Source: Myxococcota bacterium
GTDB taxonomy: Bacteria; Myxococcota_A; Polyangia; Nannocystales; Nannocystaceae
Assembly: GCA_039028615.1 (NCBI GenBank)
Contig: JBCCHT010000046.1
Location: 1-64,000, forward strand
DNA length: 64,000 nucleotides
Reading direction: 5' to 3'
The translations under genes and the position numbers were made by a program. The notes under the pieces were generated by a model. That model was not told the origin of the DNA. It worked only from the letters and a program-made list of their open reading frames with translations, and did no database searches. Of the stretch, positions 48,671 through 58,043 are shown in pieces (the stretch's first letter is position 1; each line of letters starts with the position of its first letter).

Positions 48671-49929
48671 GCGCCACGGCGAGCGCTCGCCGTTGCTTCG
48701 AGGTCTTCACGCTCTTCCCGGGCGCCATCGAGGGCTTCGTTGGGGCGGGGCTGCTGGGCAAGGCGATCGAGCAGGAACGAGTGCAGGTCCACTGCACCGA
48801 CTTCCGCGACTTCACCGACGATCGCCATCGCAGCGTCGACGACTCGCCCTTCGGCGGCGGCGCGGGCATGGTGATCAAGCCGGGCCCGGTGGTCGCGGCC
48901 ATGGAACACGTGGCCGAGCAGCGCGGCGCGTTCCATCGCATCCTGCTCACGCCTTCGGCCCCGCGCTTCGACCAGAGCGTCGCCGCTCGCCTCGCCCAGC
49001 ACGAGCGCATCGGCCTGCTCTGCGGGCGCTACGAGGGCATCGACGATCGCGTCCGCGAGCACTACGTCGACGAGTGCCTCTCGCTCGGGGACTTCGTGCT
49101 CGGGGGAGGCGAGGTCGCGGCCTTGGTGATCATCGAGGCGCTCTCGCGGCTCGTCGATGGCGTGGTGGGCAAGGCCGAGTCGGTGGACGAAGACAGCTTC
49201 GGGCGCAGCGGCGAGGCGGGGGTACTCGAGCATCCCCACTACACGCGGCCGGCCGAGTTCCGCGGCCACGCGGTGCCGCCCGTGTTGCTCGGGGGTGATC
49301 ACGCCGCCATCGCGCGCTGGCGTCACGAGGCGGCGCTCCGTCGCACCTGGGCGCTGCGGCCCGACCTCCGAGACCCCCGTCGGCTCGGGGCCGAGCACCC
49401 GCTATTCGTTGCCGTGTCGCCCGAGGCGATCGACGACGCCGACGCGTTGGTCGAGCTGGCCCGGGATCAGGCGGTCGAGCTGGTGGTGGTGGGCGCGGGG
49501 GAAGAGGCCTTGCCGACGTGGCTGCAAGCCACCGCGGGGCGGATCCAGGTCGCGGTGTTGCCCGATGCCCGTGCGCTCAAGCGGCGGCTCAAGCGCAGTA
49601 CGCGAGCTCTCGGCGGAGGATCTCCTGCCTGGGTGCACGTGGTCTCCGAGCCCAACGATGCCGCCGAGGCCTGCCACAGCCCGCAGATGCTGCTCGACTG
49701 GCTGGCCAGCGCGGCCTCCGAGGGCGGCACGGGGCCCGTGGTGCTGTGGATCGGCCCCGGAGCGCCCCCCAGCGGCATGCCGGACTGCGCTTTGTACGCA
49801 CCTCCCGCGGATGATCTCACGCGTCAGGGACTTGCGAACGGAGGCGCGATCGCAGACATTTCCCGGCCCCGTCCGGGCATCGCCGAATTGGCCCGCGCCG
49901 CGTTGACGGGCCTGCGGGATCGCGGGTAA
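48667..49929 (+). CDS. trmD: tRNA (guanine37-N1)-methyltransferase with a ~185-aa C-terminal extension
   Basis: Motifs TLFP, VDD.PFGGGAGMV.K, CGRYEGIDDRV, SLGDFVLGGGE, LEHPHYTRP and VP.VLL.GDH. TTG start overlaps the rimM stop. Confidence 0.94.
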   Translation: MSATASARRCFEVFTLFPGAIEGFVGAGLLGKAIEQERVQVHCTDFRDFTDDRHRSVDDSPFGGGAGMVIKPGPVVAAMEHVAEQRGAFHRILLTPSAPRFDQSVAARLAQHERIGLLCGRYEGIDDRVREHYVDECLSLGDFVLGGGEVAALVIIEALSRLVDGVVGKAESVDEDSFGRSGEAGVLEHPHYTRPAEFRGHAVPPVLLGGDHAAIARWRHEAALRRTWALRPDLRDPRRLGAEHPLFVAVSPEAIDDADALVELARDQAVELVVVGAGEEALPTWLQATAGRIQVAVLPDARALKRRLKRSTRALGGGSPAWVHVVSEPNDAAEACHSPQMLLDWLASAASEGGTGPVVLWIGPGAPPSGMPDCALYAPPADDLTRQGLANGGAIADISRPRPGIAELARAALTGLRDRG

Positions 49930-49965
49930 CAAGCCTCGCCCGCGCCTCGGCAAGGAACATTCGCC

Positions 49966-50412
49966 ATGAGCTACACCAGCCCCACCATCGCAGCCATCGA
50001 GCGCGACCATCTTCGAACGGACATCCCCGAGTTCCGCGCTGGCGATACCGTTCGCGTGCACGCCCGGATCTCCGAGGGCGGCAAAGAGCGCGTCCAGGTG
50101 TTCGAGGGCGTCTGCATCCACCGCAAGCGCGGCGGCGCTCGTGGGTCCTTCACCGTCCGCAAGATGTCCCACAACGTCGGCGTCGAGCGTGTCTGGCACG
50201 TGTCCTCGCCGCTCGTCGTGAAGGTCGAGCTGGTCAACCGCGGTCGTGTTCGTCGCGGCAAGCTCTACTACCTGCGAGCCCTGCGTGGGAACGCGGCGCG
50301 TATCCGCACCAAGCTGGGCAGCTACGCCTCGGCCGCGCCCAAGGCCAAGAAGGGCAAGGGCAAGGCGGCCGCAGCCGTCACCCAGTCCGCTCCCGTCGAG
50401 CAGTCGAACTAG
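49966..50412 (+). CDS. rplS: 50S ribosomal protein L19
   Basis: [46 protein letters not shown], plus a Lys/Ala tail. Confidence 0.98.
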   Translation: MSYTSPTIAAIERDHLRTDIPEFRAGDTVRVHARISEGGKERVQVFEGVCIHRKRGGARGSFTVRKMSHNVGVERVWHVSSPLVVKVELVNRGRVRRGKLYYLRALRGNAARIRTKLGSYASAAPKAKKGKGKAAAAVTQSAPVEQSN

Positions 50413-50419
50413 GAGCGTC

Positions 50420-50830
50420 ATGCCCTCGAGCCCACCACGTGGCTCGACGACACATCGGGGCCGCGCAGCTGAAGAAGCTGCCGCGGCTCTCGTCGTTTCG
50501 GCGGGCCTGCGGATCGTCCAGCGCAACTTCAGCGCGGCGGGGGCCGAGCTCGACCTCGTCGCGCTCGAGCACGACGACGCCGACGCGCCGACCTATGTGT
50601 TCATCGAGGTCCGCAGCCGGGCGTCGAGCGAGCACGGCTCCGCGGTCGAGACCGTCGATCGCCGCAAGCAACGAAGAGTCATCCGAGCCGCCACCGCGTG
50701 GCTGGTGCAGCGCGACCTGTGGGAACGCGTGGAGGTGCGCTTCGACGTCATCGGCGTGGCCTTGGACGAAGACGGCGAGCCACGAGGTACGCCCCACTGG
50801 ATCCGCGACGCGTTCCAGGCCGAGGGTTGA
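50420..50830 (+). CDS. yraN: YraN (UPF0102) family endonuclease-like protein
   Basis: G..AE..A, RNF....ELDLVA, VFIEVRSR, E.V..RKQ.R...AA..W, RFDVI. Follows rplS. Confidence 0.9.
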   Translation: MPSSPPRGSTTHRGRAAEEAAAALVVSAGLRIVQRNFSAAGAELDLVALEHDDADAPTYVFIEVRSRASSEHGSAVETVDRRKQRRVIRAATAWLVQRDLWERVEVRFDVIGVALDEDGEPRGTPHWIRDAFQAEG

Positions 50831-50850
50831 GCCGTCGCGGACAACCAAAT

Positions 50851-50889
50851 AAAAAACGGACGTCGTACTCGACGAGCACGACGTCCGTT
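50851..50889 (-). terminator. Intrinsic terminator of the cglC-like gene
   Basis: 12-bp stem AACGGACGTCGT (50855-66) / ACGACGTCCGTT (50878-89), ending in a T-run on the minus strand. Confidence 0.8.
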
Positions 50890-50906
50890 GGCGGAGATCG
50901 TTGCGA

Positions 50907-51527
50907 CTAGGGCTGGCCGCAGGCGTCGGAGGGGTTCTCTCCGTCGCAGCAGCCCTCTTGGGTGCCGGCCGAGCACTTCATGTCGATGTCGGCGGTCACG
51001 CCCAGGTCGTCCTCGCAGACGCAGAGCTTCTGGCAGCAGAAGGTGCCCAGGGTCTGGATGCGAGCGCAGCGGAAGCCTCGCTCACAGGTCGTGTCGTCGA
51101 CGACGACCTGCTGGCCGATGCCACCGTCGCGGCAGTCGGAGTCGTCGCTGCATCGCTTCGAGCACATGGAGCGCTCGAGGACGTAGTCGACGCGGAGGCG
51201 ACAAACACCGGCGCTGGAGTCCGGGTTGTTGAAGATGCATTCGAACTTGCCGTCGCCCGCGATGTCGCACTCGTCGTTGGACGTGCAGGGGTCGGCGCTG
51301 GCCTCTTCCTCGTCGGCGTAGACGCACAACAAGTCGTTGCACGCCAGCGCGGGGAAGGTGACGAGCTTGCTATCAGGCGGCTCGACCTGGCCGTGGTTAC
51401 AGGGCGCGCCCACGTCACCTCGACCACAGGCTGCCGACGTCAGCAGTGCCGCTGCACCGAGGCCGACCATCGTCCTGGAAACCATGCGCGTGGAGGAGAG
51501 CCGCGACAGAAGCTGGAGTGCAGTCAT
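50907..51527 (-). CDS. cglC: Cys-rich lipoprotein, adventurous gliding motility CglC/GltK(AgmO)-like
   Basis: Lipobox SAAC and the pattern DVG.PC, VTF....C.DL.CV, CSK.C, which resembles myxobacterial CglC as I recall it. Divergent from gltC. Start is 51527 or 51485. Confidence 0.65.
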   Translation of the reverse strand: MTALQLLSRLSSTRMVSRTMVGLGAAALLTSAACGRGDVGAPCNHGQVEPPDSKLVTFPALACNDLLCVYADEEEASADPCTSNDECDIAGDGKFECIFNNPDSSAGVCRLRVDYVLERSMCSKRCSDDSDCRDGGIGQQVVVDDTTCERGFRCARIQTLGTFCCQKLCVCEDDLGVTADIDMKCSAGTQEGCCDGENPSDACGQP

Positions 51528-52282
51528 CGATTGAACTTTGCGTGGCACGGTGCGTGAAATGGCCGGGGTGCGATTCCGGCGACAGCTGGCGATCCGCTAC
51601 GGACCGCCGTTCATGGCCTCGGCCGGGCACCCGGACCGGGACACGCCGCATCGTACACGGCCCACGCTATCGGTCAAGGATGCGCACGGCGTTGCGCGGC
51701 CGCGATCGCTTCTGATCCCTGTGGTTTGCGTTTCGTCGCATTCGCGGTCGGCGGGGTCGGCCGATCATTCAATGGAGCGAAGCGGGAGGCGGATCCGTCG
51801 CTTCCGTCTTTGGACCCGGGAGGTGGCGGCGCGGGGCCTGAGGGTTCCTTGGACTCTGTCGCCTTCGCGTGAAAATCCCATCACCCCTCACGTTGCCTGC
51901 GGGACCCGGCGAATGATCTGTAAAGGGCCTCGCGCGGTCGGCCGCTGCTGGAAGATGTGACCTCGATGCGACCTCGGAATCGGAGCCCTTCGGGAACCCT
52001 GGCAGGCCTGCAGCGTGGAAGCAGAGGTAGCGTTCCGACCGCCGAGAGTGCCCGTACTCATGCCCGCCCCAGACCCCATGACGCCGTTACCGGGCCCTTG
52101 CGACCGGCCGTACGGCGCTGGTAAGGTCCAAACCCGTCTAATGCAGGGTTTTCGCCCCCGCAACCCGTCGTCGTCCACCGAGCTCGGGGCTTCGATGACC
52201 ATCCACCACGAGCACACGTACTCCGTCGTGTCGGCGTCGCCATCTCGCCGCCGACCGGAGGCATCCTAGGAACCCGGTATCC

Positions 52283-54049
52283 ATGAGCCAGCGTTTCCGT
52301 CGGCGTTTCTCTCTGCTCTCTCTGATCCCCGCTTCGGCGTTGGGACTGTCGCTGCTCGCCGTGCCGGCGAGTGCCGATGCAGCACCTCCTCCTCCGCCTC
52401 CGCCCGGAGGTGAAGCTCCGCCCGCCGCTGCGGCCGGCGCTCCTGCTCCCCCTCCCGCTCCTCCCACCATGGTCGCCCCCGCGGGCTCGCCCATGGCTCA
52501 GGGCGAGGCGGCCTACAAGGCCGAGGACTATGAGGGCGCAGCCATCCAGTTCCACAAGATCGCCGACGGCGAGATTCCGGGCGACGTTCCTCGCGGTCAG
52601 TTCTGGCTCGGCAAGGCGCTGTACAAGCTCGGCTTCTACTCCGCGTCGCTGTCGGTGTTCGACGAGATCGTTCAGGCCGGTCCGTCGCACCCGTTCCACA
52701 AGCTGACGTTGCCGTGGCTGGCGTCGCTGTCCCGCGAGCTGCCCGAGGGCGCCGAGGTACTGCAGAAGGTCGGCACCTATAAGCCGACCGACCTCGAGTC
52801 CGAGGAGTTCGACGAGGTTCGCGACGAGCTTTACTACCTGCTCGGCCGCTTCTACTACCAAAAGGGTGACCTCGCGCAGGGCATCGCGCTGCTCGACCAG
52901 GTCCCCAAGAACTCGGACTACTACATCCCGGCCAAGTTCTTCCTCGGGGTGGCCTACACCCGCGACTGGAAGGGCGAGCCCGCCGTCGATGCCTTCAAGG
53001 AGGTCCTCCGTCGCTCCATCGCTCTGCGCGAGGCGGCCGAGGCCGACCGCAAGAAGAAAAAGAAGAAGAAGGTCAAGGTCAAGTCCAAGAAGGGCAAGAA
53101 GGGCAAGCGACGCGGCAAGAAGAAGACCAGCGTCGAGCAGTCCTTCGAGGAGGAGATGCGGCAGTACGAGCACCTCGCGGCGCTCGGCCTGGCCAACATC
53201 TTCTACATGGTGGGCAAGTTCGACACGTCCATCAAATACCTCGACAAGATCCCGCTGGACTCCGCGTACTTCCTCCACGCCATTCACTGGGCCGCCTGGG
53301 CCGAGTTCCGCATGGTCGAGGTCGACGAGGAGAACTCCAACCGCCATTACCAGCGCGTGCTCGGCTACGTGCACACGCTCAACGCTCCGTTCTTCGAGGA
53401 CTACCTCTACCCGGACGCGCTGAAGCTCAAGGCGGTGACCTACTACTTCAACTGCCGGTACGACTCCGCGAAGCGGACCGTCGACGAGTTCAATCGTCGG
53501 TACCCGCAGACCATGGAGGACCTCAAGGACCTGCTCCAGCAGGCCCCCGAGGACTTCCAGCTGTACGACCTGGCTCTGAAGATCCGCAACGAGGAATCCG
53601 GTCTCGACCCCTTCGTCGAGCAGGTCGCCCTCAAGGCTCTTCAGGACAAGCAGCTCGGCAAGTACTTCGCGTACGTCGAGGAGCTGGAGCGCGAGATCGC
53701 GTTGTTCGAGGACATGTCCGGCGGCTTCAAGAGCGCGGGCGTCGGTGAGCGAGTCACCGAGGACCTCGACCTGGCGATCTCCCAGGCTCGCGAGGCGACC
53801 GGGTCCGAGGCCCGGACCCGCATCACGGGCATGATCAAGGAGATCAAGGACCTCAAGATCGAGATGATCAAGGTCCAGTTCGAGATCCTCGAGAAGCGCA
53901 AGCAGCAAAAAGAGCTCGAAGCGTATCCCGGCAAACCACAAAAGCCGGAGATCGACGCTGAGCACGAGATCTACAAGTACAACGGCGAGTACTGGCAGGA
54001 TGAGCTCGGCTACTACCGGTACAAGGTCACGAGCATCTGCAAAGAGTAA
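52283..54049 (+). CDS. gltC: Gliding motility TPR protein GltC-like
   Basis: Signal peptide, Pro-rich linker, TPR-like helices, and C-terminal Y.GEYW.DELGYY.Y....C. Directly precedes gltD. Confidence 0.78.
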   Translation: MSQRFRRRFSLLSLIPASALGLSLLAVPASADAAPPPPPPPGGEAPPAAAAGAPAPPPAPPTMVAPAGSPMAQGEAAYKAEDYEGAAIQFHKIADGEIPGDVPRGQFWLGKALYKLGFYSASLSVFDEIVQAGPSHPFHKLTLPWLASLSRELPEGAEVLQKVGTYKPTDLESEEFDEVRDELYYLLGRFYYQKGDLAQGIALLDQVPKNSDYYIPAKFFLGVAYTRDWKGEPAVDAFKEVLRRSIALREAAEADRKKKKKKKVKVKSKKGKKGKRRGKKKTSVEQSFEEEMRQYEHLAALGLANIFYMVGKFDTSIKYLDKIPLDSAYFLHAIHWAAWAEFRMVEVDEENSNRHYQRVLGYVHTLNAPFFEDYLYPDALKLKAVTYYFNCRYDSAKRTVDEFNRRYPQTMEDLKDLLQQAPEDFQLYDLALKIRNEESGLDPFVEQVALKALQDKQLGKYFAYVEELEREIALFEDMSGGFKSAGVGERVTEDLDLAISQAREATGSEARTRITGMIKEIKDLKIEMIKVQFEILEKRKQQKELEAYPGKPQKPEIDAEHEIYKYNGEYWQDELGYYRYKVTSICKE

Positions 54050-54188
54050 CTGAGGCTCGATAAATCAAATTCGGCGGGGGCGGCGCGCGTACCCCGCCGA
54101 ATCTACGAAAACCGGGCTCGGGAGGGCCCGGTGTTTCGATGGGGAAGCAGCGAGGCCGTAGTGCGGCCAAGACAGAGGTGAAAGATCC

Positions 54189-57100
54189 ATGACGACGTCC
54201 AACAGTCCCAAACCGGTCGGAAGCCGCCGCCGTGTCCGAAGCCTCGGCATCCTAAGCGGAGCGCTCGGCGTGCTCCTGCTGACCGCGCCCACGCAAGGCC
54301 AAGCCCAGGAAGACAAAGACGCGGTCCGCTACGACCGTAAGTCCGGCAAGGTCAAGACCAAGAACACCCTGGATACGAAGGTCAAGAAGGCCCAGAAGAC
54401 CCAGGAAAAAGAGAACGCCAAGCAGCAGAGCACGCTCACGGCCGACGACTTCGCCCGCCGCAAAAAAGCGGTGGCCCGCGAGATCGCCGACGAGCAGATC
54501 ATGATGATGAAGGCGCTGCTCGACGAGTCGGGGACCAGCAGCCCCGAGTATCCCGAGTACCTCTTCCGCTTGGCCGATCTGTTCCTGGACAAGAAGGGCT
54601 ACTTCGAGAACCAGGCGGGCGCTCTCTACGAGAAGATCTACGACGCCAAGGAGAAGGGCAAAAAGGCCGAGGCCAAGCAGCTCACTCAGCGTCAGAAGAA
54701 GTTCGAGAACAACGCCAAGAAGGCCTCCGCCGACGCGGTCAAGGTCTACTCGGCGCTCGTCAACAAGGCGGCGTTCTCCAAGTACAAGCGCATGGACGAG
54801 GCGCTGTACTTCTACGCCTTCGAGCTCGGTCAGCTCGAGCGCGAGTCGGAGATGCAAGAGGCCTATATCCGCCTCATCCGCGAGTACCCGCAGAGCAAGT
54901 ACATCCCCAACGCCTACCTGAGCTTTGCCGACTTCTACTACGGCAAAAACCAGATCAAAGAGGCGCTGCAGCTGTACCAGAAGATCGTCGACGGCTACCG
55001 CGACAGCCCGGTCTACGCCTACGCCCTGTACAAGATGGGCTGGTGCTACCTGAACCCGGTCGGCACGGGCGAGCCCGAGTACGAAAAGAGCCTCGACAAG
55101 TTCGTGGCCACGGTCAAGGCGACCCTCGAGGGCCGCGCGGGCTCCGAGGCGAACGCCAAGCAGCTCCGCCGTGACGCCCGGCGCGACATGGTCAAGGCCT
55201 ACGTCCACGCCGCCAAGCCCTCCAAGGCTTGGGACTTCTTCCAGAAGGTCGGCAACGGGCCCAAGAAGGCCGAGAACATGTCTCGGAAGATGATGGAGCT
55301 GCTCGCTGCCGCCTACTTCGGCGAGGGCATGTACATCGAGTCGACCGCCACCTACAAGCGCCTCCAAGAGGGCTACGACGGTGACGCGATGGAGTGCACG
55401 TGGCAGGCGGCCATCGTCGTCAACGCGCTCGCGACCGACGACAAGGGCATCCAGTGGAAAGAGACCGAGCAGCTCGGCAAGTACTGGAACGAGTACAAGG
55501 ACTCCAAGAAGTTCAAGAAGACCACCAAGAAGAAGTGCCGCGACGAGGCTCGCGACACGATGATCCAGATGGCGACCGTCTGGCACGACGAGGCCGAGAA
55601 GACCCGTCGTCCCGACACCTACGCCCTATCCGAGGACGCCTACCGGGCATTCATGGACTTCTTCCCGAAGGACAAGGATGCCTATGAGATGAACTACTAC
55701 TACGCCGAGCTGCTGTGGGCTCAGGCGGTCAACAAGTACAACTCGAAGGACCGCAAGGAGCAAGAGGAAGGCCTCTCCAAGTTCCGCACGGCCCACGAGG
55801 AGTTCGTCAAGGTCCTCGAGCGCAAGCCCGACGGCAAGTACACCAGCGACGCCGCCTACGCGCAGATGCTCGCGATGAAGAACCATCTCGAGTACGACGA
55901 GACCGGCGGTCGCGGTCGCGCGTGCAAGATGCAGACGGACGGTACCTGCATCTACCGCGAGAAGAAGAAAAAGAAGAAGAAGGTCAACAAGGACACCAAG
56001 ACCGACACGGCCATGGAGTTCCCGGAGACGCCGTACACCGACCGCGAAGAGCAGATGCTCGGGTCGTACGACATCTACCAGAAGTACGTGAAGAAAAAGG
56101 AAGACAAGGAGCTTCCCAAGATTCAGTACCACCGGGCCAAGATCATGATGTCCCACAACAAGTTCGCCGACGCGAAGCCGATCGTGATCGAGCTGGTGAA
56201 CAAGTTTGACGGGACCATCTACGCCGCCTGGGCCGGCGCGATGCTCATCGACATGCTGACCATCGCCTGGTCGGACGAGAAGAACACGCCCGAGCAGACC
56301 ATCGAGGCCAGCAACGAGCTCGAGAAGTGGGCCATCGCCATCCAGGAGAAGAAGCTCTGGAAGCACAAAGAGTCCGAGTCCGTTCGGACCGCCGTGCCCA
56401 CGCTCCTGGCCGGTATCCGCTGGAAAAAGGCCGAGGCCTACCAAGAGATCGGGCGCCAGGGTGACCGCGAAGGCTACGTGATGTGCGGCCAGGAGTACGC
56501 CGACATCTACAACGACTACGAGGAGCACGACCGGGCCGACACCCTGCTGTTCAACGCGGCGCGGTGCTTCGAGGCGGCGTACCTCGTCGGTAACGCGGTC
56601 AAGGCTCGTAACGCCCTGCTCAAGACGTTCCCGGACAGCCAGCACTACCAGCAGACGCTGCGCGAGCTCGGCGAGAACTACCAGGCCATCGCGTTTTACT
56701 CGAACGCGGCCGACCGCTTCGAGCAGTACGCCGACAAGTACAAGAAGGACGAGTACGCCGCGACCGCGCTACAGAACGCGTACCTGTTCCGCCTGGGCCT
56801 CGGTGACGAGGAGAAGGCCGAGGAGAACCTCGGCCTCTACGAGGGTCTGTACAAGCGCAAGGACCCCAAGACCGCCGCGAAGATCTTCTGGTCGAAGCAC
56901 GAGCTGCTCGACAGCGACGACAAGAAGATGTCGCACGCCAAGGCGTACATCAAAACCTACGGCAACAAGGGCGGCGTCGACCGTCGCGTGGTGGCCGAGG
57001 CGGCGATCGGCCAGATCCTCTGGCGTCGTTCCTGTGAAAAGGAGCTGCTCTACGATTCGTGCCTGACCGTCAAGCGGAAGAAGGCGACCTCGGGCGAGGA

Positions 57101-58007
57101 GACTCGCAAGAAGGCCGACCGTCTGCGCAAGAAGGGCAAGAAGGGCAAGAAGAAGCCCGACATCCCCAAGTACTGCGGTAGCGCCACGCAGGGCATCATC
57201 ACGGTGCACAAGCGTGACTCCAAGCTCGCCGCCGACGCCCAGTCGCGCTTCAACACCGCGATCAAGCTGGCCGGCAAGAAGCCCAAGATCCCCGACAACG
57301 AGAACGATCGGATCGAGGCCTACAAGAACGCCGTCGGCATGTCGATGGTCTACAAGGCCGACCAGAAGTACGAGGAGTATCTCCGGGTCAACATTCCCGA
57401 GGAGCTCGACTTCTACACCGAGGAGTGGAAGAAGGGCTCCGGCATCCCGCAGTGGGAGCGCCAGTACAAGAAGCAGGAAGAGAAGAAGAAGGAGTCCGAG
57501 AAGCGCTTCAAGGAGTTCTACACTCAGAAGACGACTCTCGGTGGCGAGCTCATCGAGTCCTACGCCAACGTCAAGTCGACCCAGAGCCCGTTCTGGGTGC
57601 TCGCGGCGGCGGCCCGTACCGCGGTCCTCTCGCAGAACTTCGCCGACCAGCTCTACCGCGCCCAGGTGCCCAAGAGCATGAAGACGGAGGAGATGTACTT
57701 CGCGTACTGCGACGCCCTGGCCATCCAGGCCGAAGGCCCCGAGAAGAAGGCGGTCGAGGCGTTCACCTACTGCCTGCAGAAGTCCACCGAGTTCCAGTTC
57801 TTCAACGAGTTCTCGCGCATGTGCGAGGAGGAGCTGCAGCAGCGGAACCCCGAGGACTACCCGGCGACGAACGAGATGTTCGGTACCTCCATCTACACCG
57901 ACAGCCGGCTCGACGTGGTCGGGGTGCAGACGGACCTCGACGGCGACGACAAGGAAGCCGACACCAAGAAGAAAAAGGAAGAGGGCGGCGCCAAGGCGGG
58001 CCTCTAA
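54189..58007 (+). CDS. gltD: Gliding motility TPR protein GltD (AgmU)-like
   Basis: 1272-aa signal-peptide TPR protein (YLFRLADL, DEALY..A, YP.S.Y.P.AY...ADFYY, YALYK.GWC..N). Position before the gltE-gltF-gltG-like genes. Confidence 0.8.
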   Translation: MTTSNSPKPVGSRRRVRSLGILSGALGVLLLTAPTQGQAQEDKDAVRYDRKSGKVKTKNTLDTKVKKAQKTQEKENAKQQSTLTADDFARRKKAVAREIADEQIMMMKALLDESGTSSPEYPEYLFRLADLFLDKKGYFENQAGALYEKIYDAKEKGKKAEAKQLTQRQKKFENNAKKASADAVKVYSALVNKAAFSKYKRMDEALYFYAFELGQLERESEMQEAYIRLIREYPQSKYIPNAYLSFADFYYGKNQIKEALQLYQKIVDGYRDSPVYAYALYKMGWCYLNPVGTGEPEYEKSLDKFVATVKATLEGRAGSEANAKQLRRDARRDMVKAYVHAAKPSKAWDFFQKVGNGPKKAENMSRKMMELLAAAYFGEGMYIESTATYKRLQEGYDGDAMECTWQAAIVVNALATDDKGIQWKETEQLGKYWNEYKDSKKFKKTTKKKCRDEARDTMIQMATVWHDEAEKTRRPDTYALSEDAYRAFMDFFPKDKDAYEMNYYYAELLWAQAVNKYNSKDRKEQEEGLSKFRTAHEEFVKVLERKPDGKYTSDAAYAQMLAMKNHLEYDETGGRGRACKMQTDGTCIYREKKKKKKKVNKDTKTDTAMEFPETPYTDREEQMLGSYDIYQKYVKKKEDKELPKIQYHRAKIMMSHNKFADAKPIVIELVNKFDGTIYAAWAGAMLIDMLTIAWSDEKNTPEQTIEASNELEKWAIAIQEKKLWKHKESESVRTAVPTLLAGIRWKKAEAYQEIGRQGDREGYVMCGQEYADIYNDYEEHDRADTLLFNAARCFEAAYLVGNAVKARNALLKTFPDSQHYQQTLRELGENYQAIAFYSNAADRFEQYADKYKKDEYAATALQNAYLFRLGLGDEEKAEENLGLYEGLYKRKDPKTAAKIFWSKHELLDSDDKKMSHAKAYIKTYGNKGGVDRRVVAEAAIGQILWRRSCEKELLYDSCLTVKRKKATSGEETRKKADRLRKKGKKGKKKPDIPKYCGSATQGIITVHKRDSKLAADAQSRFNTAIKLAGKKPKIPDNENDRIEAYKNAVGMSMVYKADQKYEEYLRVNIPEELDFYTEEWKKGSGIPQWERQYKKQEEKKKESEKRFKEFYTQKTTLGGELIESYANVKSTQSPFWVLAAAARTAVLSQNFADQLYRAQVPKSMKTEEMYFAYCDALAIQAEGPEKKAVEAFTYCLQKSTEFQFFNEFSRMCEEELQQRNPEDYPATNEMFGTSIYTDSRLDVVGVQTDLDGDDKEADTKKKKEEGGAKAGL

Positions 58008-58043
58008 GGCAACCGGCAACTCCGACTCGTGAGGCAAACGAAA

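Noticed and set aside
51543..51558. TGGCACG sigma54 -24 element pointing toward gltC
   Set aside because: The -12 position reads GA rather than GC, and it is ~730 nt from gltC. Support is insufficient.
51549..52282. ORFs in the cglC-gltC gap as remnants of gltA/gltB
   Set aside because: The translations have no beta-barrel or signal-peptide features and poor coding-like composition.
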